The notes under the pieces: generated by a model | Databases searched by the model: none | What the model saw: the letters and a program-made list of their open reading frames with translations, nothing else | Told to the model about the DNA's origin: nothing | Position numbers and translations under genes: made by a program | Source of the DNA: an uncultured Gemmatimonadales bacterium | Lineage (GTDB): Bacteria > Gemmatimonadota > Gemmatimonadetes > Gemmatimonadales > GWC2-71-9 | DNA: 64,000 nt | Assembly (NCBI GenBank): GCA_963730185.1 | Contig: CAVSQW010000008.1 | Span: 160,001 to 224,000 of the forward strand | Direction: 5' to 3' | In this document: one piece after another, positions 42,401 to 51,678 of the stretch | Position numbering within the stretch: the first letter of the stretch is position 1 | How the letters are laid out: every line of letters begins with the position of its first letter

Positions 42401-45163
42401 AACGCCCTGGACCAAGCCGATCCCTCGGAGCAGGCCGGCGGCGTGTTCGTGCGCCGCCGCGAGCTGTTCACCCCGGCCGATCTGCTGATGCTCCGGGCCA
42501 CCGCCCGGCTGCTGGTTCCCTGCGACGGCCGGCCGCTGAGGCGGGTCGCCCAGTCGCTCCAGGGACCCAGCGGCGAGCCGATCGACGACGGCGCGGGGCT
42601 CCTGACCCGGCTCCGTCGCTCCGAGCGGAGCAGCGCTCCCGGCCTCGACCCGGCCCGGCGGCTCGGCCTCGGCGGGTTGGCCACCCCGGGGGACCCCTTC
42701 GGCCCGACCTCCGTCGCCGACGCCCCGCTGTCCGGCGAAGTCCCCGCGCCGCCCCTCGACAACGGGTTCGGTGGGCTGACGCCGCAGGGCGATTACGAGA
42801 TCCAGGTCGCGGGCGACCGGGTGCCCCCGGCACCGTGGGTGAACGTGATCGCGAATCCGGCCGGCGGCTTCGTCGTCAGCGAGCGCGGGGCGGGGTTCAC
42901 CTGGGCCAGAAACAGCTACTTCTTCCGGCTCACGCCCTGGCACAACGACCCGGTCGGCGATCCGCCCACCGAGGTGATCTACCTCCGCGACGAGGCGAGC
43001 GGCGAGCTCTGGTGCCCCACCCCCGCCCCGGTCCGCACCACCGAGCCGTACACCGTCCGGCACGCCCCGGGCAAGTCCAGCTTCCGGCACGACCACGCCG
43101 GGATCGTCACCGATCTCCGGCTGGGCCTGGTGGCGGATCAGGCGATCAAGTGCGCGGTGCTCGGAATCACCAACGGGACGGCCGTCCCCCGGCGGCTCTC
43201 GATGACGGCGTACGTGGAATGGACGCTGGGGATCAGCCGGGAGCACACCCGGCATCAGGTCGTCACCGCCTTCGAACCGGACGCCGGAGCGATCTTCGCC
43301 CGGAACTCGTTCGACCCCCTGTACGCCGACTGGACGGCATTTCACGCCATCAGCGAACCGGTTACGAGTCACACCGGCGACCGGCGTGAGTTCCTGGGGC
43401 GGAACGGCGCCTTGAGTCTTCCGGCGGCGTTGGCCGGACTGCCGGCATCCGACCGGACCTTGAGTGGGACGACCGGGGCGGGGCTCGATCCGTGCGCCGC
43501 GCTCCAATGCGAGATCGAGCTCGCTCCGGGCGAGCGCCGCGACATCGTCGTGTTGCTCGGCGCGATGCCCGGGCTGTCCGAGGCCAGACGAGCGGTGGCC
43601 GACTGGATCGACCCGGGTCGCGCCGCCGGAGCGATCGCCGCCGGCTCGGATGCCTGGGATGCCCGGCTGTCCCGGATCGCCGTGCGCACGCCGGAGCCCT
43701 TGTTCGACGCGATGCTGAATCGCTGGACGCTGTACCAGGCCCTGGGGTGCCGGATGTGGGCCCGCTCGGCGCTGTACCAGAGCAGCGGCGCCTACGGCTT
43801 TCGCGATCAGCTCCAAGACGCCCTGGCCCTGGTGTATGCCGAGCCCGGACTGGCGCGAGCGCAGATCGTTCGATCGGCGGCTCGCCAGTTTCTCGAGGGC
43901 GACGTCCAGCACTGGTGGCATCCGGAGACCGGACGAGGGGTCCGGACCCGATTCTCGGACGACCTGGCCTGGCTCCCCTACGTGGTCGACCACTATGTCC
44001 GGGTTACCGGCGATCGGTCGGTACTCGACGAGTCCGTTCCCTTCCTCCGGATGCGGGAGCTGGGGGCGGATCAGCACGAGATCTACGACCTTCCCGAGGT
44101 CACGGCGGAGCCAGCCACGGTGCACGAGCACTGTCTCCGGGCCCTCCGGCGAGCCTCGACGGCCGGAGCCCATGGGCTCCCGCTGATCGGGGGCGGCGAC
44201 TGGAACGACGGCATGAACCGGGTCGGGATCGAGGGGCGGGGAGAGAGCGTGTGGCTGGCCTGGTTCCTGATCGCGACGCTCCGGGGGTACGCGGAGCAGG
44301 CCGACGCCCGGTCCGATACCGCCGCCGCCGAGGGCTGTCGAGCCCGGGCCGACCGGTACCTCGCCGCGGTCGAGGCCCATGGCTGGGACGGCGCCTGGTA
44401 TCGCCGGGCCTACTTCGACGACGGCACGCCTTTGGGCTCCCGCGAGAGCGACGAATGCCGGATCGACTCCATCGCCCAGAGCTGGAGCGTAATCTCCGGC
44501 GCCGGCGAGCCGAGTCGGCAGGCCCAGGCGATGCGCTCGCTCGAGGAACACCTGGTTCGGCCCGACGCCAGGCTGATTCAGCTGCTCGACCCGCCGTTCG
44601 ACCGAACGCCGCGCGATCCGGGGTACATCAAGGGCTATCTCCCCGGGGTCCGGGAGAACGGCGCCCAGTACACCCACGCCGCGCTCTGGGTGGTGCTGGC
44701 GACGGCGCTACGGGGAGACGGGGATCGCGCCTTCGAGCTCTTTCAGATGCTCAATCCGCTGACCCACACCCGCACGCCCGAGGAGGTCGCGACCTACCGG
44801 GTCGAGCCCTACGTGGTCGCCGCCGACGTCTATACCGCACCCGGCCAGCTGGGCCGGGGCGGGTGGACCTGGTATACCGGGTCGGCGAGCTGGATGTACC
44901 GGGTTGGGTTGGAGAACCTGCTCGGGTTCACCAAGCGAGGTGATACGCTCTGGTTCGCGCCCGCGGTTCCCGAGCACTGGTCCGAATTCTCCGTGCTCTA
45001 CCGGCATGGCCGGAGCACCTACGCCATCGTGGTTCGTGACCCGGCCCGGGTCGCGCCGGGGACGGCCACGGTCGTCGTCGACGGGCGGCGGCTGGACGGA
45101 TCGTCGATTCCGCTGGTCGACGATGGCGCGCGGCACGAGGTCCTGGTCGTGGGGATCGGGTGA
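36459..45163 (+). CDS. ndvB: Cyclic beta-1,2-glucan synthase (GT84 plus GH94), one frameshift near 38125
   Basis: WLLDNF, WMGWERKRGKL, VITLDADT, LLSHDLIEG, R.HRWIRGDW, DLLASEARL, GFRDQLQD, GDWNDG, ENG.QYTH, WYTGSA.W across ORFs 36459..38132 and 38210..45163. Confidence 0.93.
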
Positions 45164-45216
45164 CGATGATGGGCCCGGCGAGTCCAGCGTGATCTCCGCC
45201 GGCTGCCGTGACCGGG

Positions 45217-46302
45217 CTAGTCCCCGAGGAGCACCGCCAACGGGCGCAGATGGTCGACATGATCGGCGATGACCTTGAGCATCACGGTCATCGGGACGGC
45301 CAGGATGACGCCCGCCACACCCCAGACCCACCCCCAAAAGAGCAGGCAAACGAAGAGCGCCACCGTGTTGAGCGGGAGCTTCCGACCCAACACCGCCGGG
45401 GTCACCAGGTTCCCGGCCACCAGATGAATCAGCAGGAACCCGCCCACCACGACCAGCGGCCGCTCGATCCCATCGAAGGTCACGAGCGTCGCGGCTCCGA
45501 CCAGCAAGGCCGAGACCAGCGCCCCCACGTAGGGGACAAAGTTCAACCCGCCGGCGAGTGTTCCCCACAACCCGGCGTTGGGAACCGCTGCGACTCGAAG
45601 GAGCACCCAGGTGGCACCGCCCACCCCGATGCTGATCAGCGTCGTGAAGGCAAGATACCGGGAGGTCTGGCGCTCGATCTCCTTCAGGGCGTGTTCCATC
45701 CGGGTCTGGTGTCGGATCTCCGCCGGCAGGCTGACGAGCCGACGCCGCAATCGCTGACCGGTCGCGAGGAGGAAATAGGTCAGGAAGGCCACGCCGAGCG
45801 TCGCCCCGACCGCGGAGATGGTGCTGATGCTGACCCGTTGCACGAGGCCGGGCGTTTGCATCTCGACCCGCTGGGTGCCGCCGTCACGGGCCCCACTCGC
45901 CGCTTGCTCGACCTTGAGCGCCGACTCTTGAATCGCGTGGAGGGGGCGGATCACCTGCCGTACCTTCGCTTCGATTTGCGCCAGGAGGGCAGGGCTCCGC
46001 CGAACCCAGCCGCCGGCCGGCCCCGCCAAGAACGCGGTCCCAACGGCCAGCAGGGTGATGGTTCCGAACACCAACAGTCCGGCCCCGATCGACTCCGGGA
46101 TCCGGTGTTCCCGGAGCCACCGAACCAGGGGGGCGAGGAGCAGACTCAGGAGGATCGAGACGGCGATCGGTACCAGGAGCGCGCTCGCCAGGCGGAGGGC
46201 GGCCACCACGAGGATGGTAAAGACGGCAATCAGCAGCCCCTGCCCACGGTGGCCGCCGAGGGTCGAGCCGGCTGTCGGGCGGGGCGTCGGATCGCTCTTC
46301 AT
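45217..46302 (-). CDS. AI-2E family transporter
   Basis: LNFVPYVG, WGWVWGVAG.ILAVP motifs; multiple TM segments. Confidence 0.9.
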   Translation of the reverse strand: MKSDPTPRPTAGSTLGGHRGQGLLIAVFTILVVAALRLASALLVPIAVSILLSLLLAPLVRWLREHRIPESIGAGLLVFGTITLLAVGTAFLAGPAGGWVRRSPALLAQIEAKVRQVIRPLHAIQESALKVEQAASGARDGGTQRVEMQTPGLVQRVSISTISAVGATLGVAFLTYFLLATGQRLRRRLVSLPAEIRHQTRMEHALKEIERQTSRYLAFTTLISIGVGGATWVLLRVAAVPNAGLWGTLAGGLNFVPYVGALVSALLVGAATLVTFDGIERPLVVVGGFLLIHLVAGNLVTPAVLGRKLPLNTVALFVCLLFWGWVWGVAGVILAVPMTVMLKVIADHVDHLRPLAVLLGD

Positions 46303-46325
46303 GGTGCCAACCCGGGTGGGCCGGA

Positions 46326-46535
46326 CTACTCCTCGGCGCCGGGACCCTCGAACTCGCGGACCTCCCGCTCGATTGCCTCCCGGGCGCGACCATAGCGCTG
46401 CTGAAGAAGGCCCACCAGCTGGTCGCGCTGTCCCGCGATGACGGTCAGGTCGTCGTCGGTGAGCCTGCCCCACTGCTCGGCCGCTCGGCCGCGGATCTGT
46501 TTCCAGTCGCCTTTGAGCTGGTTCGCGTTCATCAC
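46326..46535 (-). CDS. CsbD family stress protein
   Basis: G.WKQ..G...EQWG.LTDDDL..I.G.R.QL.G.LQ.RYG. Confidence 0.92.
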   Translation of the reverse strand: MMNANQLKGDWKQIRGRAAEQWGRLTDDDLTVIAGQRDQLVGLLQQRYGRAREAIEREVREFEGPGAEE

Positions 46536-46647
46536 GTTCCACCCTTATGGTGATCGGCCACCGGTTACCCGCAACGGTACCGGGAATGATCAGGGCCGGC
46601 TGCCGAACCGGTTGGTGCGCCTGAGTCGGTCAAACGAGGTGCGGTGG

Positions 46648-47844
46648 TCAGCGGGCCTGGCGGCGACGCGCCGCTGGTTCGAGCACCCGGCGCCCTTCGT
46701 CCCGTGGGTAGGTGCCGACCAAGGGCTTGTCGGCGGGGATGCCGAGGTGCCGGCCGAGGCGACGAAGCGCCCGGGCGATGCCGGCGCCGAAGGAGGAGGG
46801 GACGGCTCCGCCGGTCGGGTCGAATGAGGGCTGGGCCGTCTCTGGTTCCAGGCGATCGACGTACACACGATTGCCGCCCCCGGCCTTGGCCGCATAGCAC
46901 GCCCGATCGGAGGCCTGCAGCACGGCGGCCATCGTCCCGCGGTTGGCCGTCACCGGGATGATGCCGATGCTGGCGGTGACCGCAAACTGCCGCCCGGCCC
47001 ATCCCAAGCGGTGCCGCTCGACCGCGGCTCGAATCCGGTTGGCAATCCGGTCCGCTTCGCCCAGGGCACAATGCTCCAACAGGAGGCCGAACTCGTCGCC
47101 GCCGAGCCGGGCCAGCGTGTCCCGCTGCCGGAGGTGGCCCGCGAGAATGGGGCCGAGGCTCCGCAGCAGGGCATCGCCGGCATCGTGGCCCCCGGCATCG
47201 TTGACTTCCTTGAAGCGGTCGAGGTCCAGGTAGAGGAGGGCGTGGTGTGAGGACATGCCGGCCGGGGTCATCACCAACCGGGTCAGCCGCCGCTCGAACT
47301 CCCGCCGGTTGATGAGCCCCGTCAGGCTATCGTGCGTTGCGTCGAACGCCAACTGGCGACCCACCAGCCGATTCGCACTCTCGTCCCGGATGACGAGCAC
47401 CACGCCGATGATCGCCCCGGACTCGTCCCGAATCGGTGCGGTCGAGTCGCCGATCGAGATTTCTTGGCCATCCCGGCGGCACAGCACCACGCCGTCCTCC
47501 AGGTCCATGGCCCGCCCGCTCTCGACGCATCGCACCGCGACGTTGGCGATTCGCCGACGCGTGGTTTCGGAGACCAGCGGCAGGACGATTTCGAGGGCCC
47601 TCCCCATGGCCTCGCCGGTCGTCCAGCCGGTCAGCTGTTCGCCGGCGGCGTTCATATACGTGATGCGACCGGCGGCATCCGTCGTGACCACCGCATCGCC
47701 GATCGACGCCAACGTCGCCCGGACCTGCGCCAGGGCCCAGTCGGCGATCGGCGCCCCGGCCAGGCCGGGGACCGCGACCCGGATGCCCCGCGTGGCCGGT
47801 GCGGACGGCCTCGGCTTGTGCGGCGGGTTGGGTGTCAGGCGCAT
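46648..47844 (-). CDS. PAS-GGDEF diguanylate cyclase
   Basis: PAS (SIGDAVVTTD, MN.A.EQLTGW), HDSLTGL.NR, DLDRFK.VND, GGDEF. Confidence 0.9.
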   Translation of the reverse strand: MRLTPNPPHKPRPSAPATRGIRVAVPGLAGAPIADWALAQVRATLASIGDAVVTTDAAGRITYMNAAGEQLTGWTTGEAMGRALEIVLPLVSETTRRRIANVAVRCVESGRAMDLEDGVVLCRRDGQEISIGDSTAPIRDESGAIIGVVLVIRDESANRLVGRQLAFDATHDSLTGLINRREFERRLTRLVMTPAGMSSHHALLYLDLDRFKEVNDAGGHDAGDALLRSLGPILAGHLRQRDTLARLGGDEFGLLLEHCALGEADRIANRIRAAVERHRLGWAGRQFAVTASIGIIPVTANRGTMAAVLQASDRACYAAKAGGGNRVYVDRLEPETAQPSFDPTGGAVPSSFGAGIARALRRLGRHLGIPADKPLVGTYPRDEGRRVLEPAARRRQAR

Positions 47845-47901
47845 TGCACTCGTCGTTCAGGGCCAGGGCGGCGCGGGTCAATCAGAGTCTTCCACCTGTT
47901 G

Positions 47902-47946
47902 ATCATAGTCCGGCCGAGTCAAGGATCACATCGCTCGTTGGGATGG
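47902..47946 (-). promoter_or_regulatory. Regulon box plus -10 upstream of the diguanylate cyclase
   Basis: Minus strand CCATCCCAACGAGCGA (47946-47931), 23 bp, TATGAT. Confidence 0.7.
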
Positions 47947-48073
47947 TCGGAGGACTAGATCGAGCGGTCGGGGTGGCGGGGAAGGCCTGGTCAAAGGGGC
48001 CGGCCTAAGGCAGAAGCGGTGTTAGGCATCTCGAGGTTGGCTGCGGTGCAGTTGACGGCGCCACGGGGTCCGC

Positions 48074-49126
48074 GTGAAACTTGGGGACATGCCCCATCTC
48101 TCCATCCAGCGTCCTCGTCGGCCGGAGGCCAGGGGGCCACAATCCGTTCGGAGCGGGAGCTCAATCGGGCCGGGCGGAACGCCGGCCAGGCGGTCGAGGG
48201 AGTGTCCCCGCGCCGGTGGCTCCAAGATCGCGGCGTCTCGAGGCCGGGTCGGGGTCGGGCTCCTGCTCGCCCTGGTGGCGATGGCCTCCGGGTATGGTCG
48301 GGTTGGCCGCCTCGAGCTGGCCCGGCCCCCGACGGGCCTCGTCAACGAGTGCGCGACGCCGCACCCCGGCTGGATCTGGTGCGACGATTTCGACCAGGAC
48401 CGCATGGCCAGCTACTTCGAGGTAGACCGGGCCCGGGGTAGCTTCGGACGAGTGAGCGGGGTCGGCAACAACGGCTCCTGGGGAATGCGGGCCCGGTTCG
48501 CCGCCGGACAGGTGTCGGCGGGCTCGCTCAAACTGGCGTTCGGCCGGACGCCGGGCCCCTATTTCCGCGCCGTCGATGGGGGCGTGGCGGACTACCGCGA
48601 GCTCTACTGGCGACTGTATCTCCGCAATGCGCCGGGCTGGACCGGAGGTGGGGGGAACAAGCTCTCGCGAATGACTGTCTTCGCGACCTCGGGCTGGTCC
48701 CAGGCCATGATCGCCCCCGTCTGGTCGGGCGGCCCCGGCTCGCGCTCGTTGATGCTCGATCCGGTCTCGGGCACCGACCCCGAGGGGAGAGTCCGGACGA
48801 CCAAGTACAACGACCTCCCCAACCTTCGTTGGCTCGGCCAGCGGGTGAGCAGGACGCCGATCTTCGACCCGGCGCACGTGGGCCAGTGGCGGTGCATCGA
48901 GGCGCACGTTCGCCTGAACGACGCCGGCCGTGCCAACGGGGTCTTCGAGCTCTGGATCGACGGTCGCCCCGAGGCGAGCCGAGCGGGGCTCAACTGGCTC
49001 GGCACCTATTCGGCCTACGGCCTCAACGCCCTGTTCCTGGAGAACTACTGGAACGCGGGGTCGCCGGTGGCGCAGGAGCGCTACTTCGACAATCTCGTCG
49101 TGAGCACCGAGCCGATCGGCTGCTGA
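48074..49126 (+). CDS. Secreted beta-jelly-roll protein (polysaccharide lyase/LamG-like); start uncertain
   Basis: WCDDF, GGGNKL, W.CIE.HV.LN..G..NG.FELWIDG, YFDNLVVST. Confidence 0.55.
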   Translation: MKLGDMPHLSIQRPRRPEARGPQSVRSGSSIGPGGTPARRSRECPRAGGSKIAASRGRVGVGLLLALVAMASGYGRVGRLELARPPTGLVNECATPHPGWIWCDDFDQDRMASYFEVDRARGSFGRVSGVGNNGSWGMRARFAAGQVSAGSLKLAFGRTPGPYFRAVDGGVADYRELYWRLYLRNAPGWTGGGGNKLSRMTVFATSGWSQAMIAPVWSGGPGSRSLMLDPVSGTDPEGRVRTTKYNDLPNLRWLGQRVSRTPIFDPAHVGQWRCIEAHVRLNDAGRANGVFELWIDGRPEASRAGLNWLGTYSAYGLNALFLENYWNAGSPVAQERYFDNLVVSTEPIGC

Positions 49127-49342
49127 TCCGCCCACTCCAGCTGGCTGAGCTCCGACGGTCGGGTTGTCTGGGGGTCGACATGCCCCTATCCTTCAGTCCA
49201 GTCGGGGGCTGGGCTTTCGACCCGGTACCGTCCCCGCGCACGCGGCGGTCTCTGAGAACTCCCTTCATCAATAGACGTGCGCAGCAACCTGCTCGGTCCT
49301 CCGGCATCTCGCCGGTGGCTCGCGCTCGACGACAGGACATTC

Positions 49343-50722
49343 GTGCCCTTCAGTACCCTCAAGCTCGATTCCACCCTCCTCCAGGGCATTCGCGACCTCG
49401 GGTTCGCCCGACCGACCCCCATTCAGACCGAGGCGATTCCGCCCGGCCTCGAGGGGCGGGACCTCATCGCCTGTGCGATGACCGGGAGCGGCAAGACCGC
49501 CGCCTTCCTGCTTCCCATCATGCAGCAGCTCCTGACCCGGCCCGCCCGGGCGACTCGGGCGCTGGTGCTCACCCCGACCCGGGAGCTGGCGGCCCAGATC
49601 CTCGAGGACTTCCGCGACCTGGCCAAGCACACCAGGCTCACCGCCGCCGCCGTGTTCGGCGGGGTGGGGATGCGCCCCCAGGAAGACGCCTTTCGCCGGA
49701 GGGTCGACGTGCTGATCGCGACCCCGGGCCGGCTCCTCGATCATCTCCAGTCGGACTATGCCAACCTGGACTCGATCGAGCACTTCGTCCTCGACGAAGC
49801 CGACCGGATGCTCGACATGGGCTTCCTGCCGGACGTGAAGCGGATCATCCGCCGGTTGCCGGCCAAGCGGCAGACGCTCCTCTTCAGCGCCACCATGCCC
49901 GAGCCGATCGTCGCCCTGACCCGGGATCTGCTCCACGCACCGGTCCGGATCCAGCTCCAGCGAACGGTTGGGCCGGCGGTCGGCATCACCCAGGCGATTT
50001 ACCCGGTGCCGCAGGAGCTCAAGGCGAGTCTCTTGATCCGGCTGCTCGAGCGGGGAGACCTGAAGGAAGCTCTGGTCTTCACCCGGACCAAGCACCGGGC
50101 CGACCGGCTGACCAAGACACTGGTCAAGGCCGGGGTGGTGGCCGAGCGGATCCACGGCAACCGGTCGCAGGGACAGCGAACCGCGGCGCTCGAGGGTTTC
50201 AAGGCCGGCCGGTTCCGGGTGCTGGTGGCAACCGACATCGCCGCCCGGGGCATCGACGTGGAAGCGCTGAGCCACGTGGTCAACTTCGACGTGCCCCACG
50301 TGCCGGAGGACTATGTGCACCGGGTGGGTCGGACGGCGCGGGCGGAGGCTACCGGTGAGGCGTTCACCCTGGTGGCGCCGGACGAGGAGCCGTTGCTTCG
50401 GGACATCGAAAGGGCGGTCGCGCGGCGCTTGCCCCGGGTGACCGTGCCCGACTTCGATTACCAAGCCAGGCCGGATGCCAAACTGGAGGTTCCGATTGCG
50501 GAGCGGATCGCCGCGATCCGAGCCCGGAAGGCCGAGGAGCGGGCCCGGGCCAAGGTCAACGCGGAGCGGAGAGCGGCGGCGCAGCGGCCGACCGCGTCGC
50601 CTGGGCGTCGCGGCCCCGAGGCGGGCCGCCGCGGGACCGGTGCTGGTCGAGGAGGTCCTGAATCGGCCGGCTCGCCGAGCCGGCCCCGTCGGGGCGAGGG
50701 GCGGGGTCGACGACCCCGCTAG
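49343..50722 (+). CDS. DEAD-box RNA helicase (RhlE-like)
   Basis: Q motif, TGSGKT, PTRELA, DEAD, SAT, HRVGRTAR. Confidence 0.95.
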   Translation: MPFSTLKLDSTLLQGIRDLGFARPTPIQTEAIPPGLEGRDLIACAMTGSGKTAAFLLPIMQQLLTRPARATRALVLTPTRELAAQILEDFRDLAKHTRLTAAAVFGGVGMRPQEDAFRRRVDVLIATPGRLLDHLQSDYANLDSIEHFVLDEADRMLDMGFLPDVKRIIRRLPAKRQTLLFSATMPEPIVALTRDLLHAPVRIQLQRTVGPAVGITQAIYPVPQELKASLLIRLLERGDLKEALVFTRTKHRADRLTKTLVKAGVVAERIHGNRSQGQRTAALEGFKAGRFRVLVATDIAARGIDVEALSHVVNFDVPHVPEDYVHRVGRTARAEATGEAFTLVAPDEEPLLRDIERAVARRLPRVTVPDFDYQARPDAKLEVPIAERIAAIRARKAEERARAKVNAERRAAAQRPTASPGRRGPEAGRRGTGAGRGGPESAGSPSRPRRGEGRGRRPR

Positions 50723-50728
50723 CCCGAC

Positions 50729-50926
50729 CTAACGGTCGCGGTTCCGAGCCCGGCGCCGCTTGCGCCGCTGGGCCGCCGCGATCTTGAGCTTCTTGGCGAG
50801 ACTGGGCTTGAGGTAGTGTCGCTTGGCGCGCACTTCCTTGAGGATCCCGGATCGCTGGACCTTGCGCCGAAAGGCCTTGATGGCGTACTCGATGCGATCG
50901 GTTTCGGAGAGAGTGACTTCGATCAT
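50729..50926 (-). CDS. rpsU: 30S ribosomal protein bS21
   Basis: IE.AIK.FRRKV..SGILKE.R..RHY.KPS. Confidence 0.9.
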   Translation of the reverse strand: MIEVTLSETDRIEYAIKAFRRKVQRSGILKEVRAKRHYLKPSLAKKLKIAAAQRRKRRRARNRDR

Positions 50927-50962
50927 CGGGTCTCCTAATGGCCCGGCTCACGCCGGTAGTTG

Positions 50963-51008
50963 AAAAGGGACGAGGCCGGCTCGCCCCGCGGGCGGGCCGG
51001 CCTCGTTC
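50963..51008 (-). terminator. Intrinsic terminator after the csp gene
   Basis: Minus strand GAACGAGGCCGGCCCGCC-CGCG-GGGCGAGCCGGCCTCGTCC followed by CTTTT. Confidence 0.65.
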
Positions 51009-51027
51009 GAAGTCCTGAGCGCGAGGC

Positions 51028-51240
51028 TCAGCCGTCCAGACGAACCACGTTCTCCGCCGCCGGGCCCTTCTGACCCTGCACGATGTCGAACTCGACCCGC
51101 TGGCCCTCGGCCAGGGACTTGAAGCCCTGAGCCTGAATCGCCGAGTGATGGACGAAACAATCCTTCTGGCCGTTCTCCGGGGTGATGAATCCGAAGCCCT
51201 TCGCGTCGTTGAACCACTTCACGGTACCGGTCGTACGCAT
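51028..51240 (-). CDS. cspA: Cold-shock protein (CspA family)
   Basis: [22 protein letters not shown]. Confidence 0.95.
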   Translation of the reverse strand: MRTTGTVKWFNDAKGFGFITPENGQKDCFVHHSAIQAQGFKSLAEGQRVEFDIVQGQKGPAAENVVRLDG

Positions 51241-51497
51241 ACTGTCCTGCTCCTTGTTGTTCTGGTAATCGGGAGTTCGGGCGTATGCCGTACGTGCCGA
51301 CTACGTGTTCGTGACCAGAGGGGTCACGGGTCCTTGTTTCCGCGCCCGACCGGCAATCGCCGGGTCGGTCCGCTGCGAGGGCGAAAACGAAAAGGGGCCG
51401 GCGTTTGGCCAGCCCTGACTTCGGTATTCGCTGGAAACCTTGCGCCCGGATGGACGCCTCGCACACTGAAGCTAATGGTCGTCCCCGATTCGCACAA
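51241..51497 (-). promoter_or_regulatory. sigma70 promoter and ~220-nt structured leader with internal terminator
   Basis: TTGTGC-17 bp-TAGCTT (51497-51469); hairpin GGGCTGGC-CAAAC-GCCGGCCC plus CTTTTCGTTTT at 51415-51384. Confidence 0.55.
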
Positions 51498-51678
51498 TAG
51501 GGGAGGGGAGCGGCGGGGGGATGGGGTGGGGTGGGGTGGGGCGGGACGGGCGGACGGAGCCACTTCTCCCCTGCTCTCCGCCCCTTCCCAGGCACGGTCC
51601 GGCCCGGGTCCGCTTGCCCTTGCCTCCCCGCCGCCTTTTGTTTAAGCCGACGAATTCTCACCCACTTGGAGGGCCGAA

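Noticed and set aside
46626..46641. Possible regulon box upstream of csbD
   Set aside because: The match is weak (GACCGA) and there is no -10-like hexamer at the 23-bp spacing.
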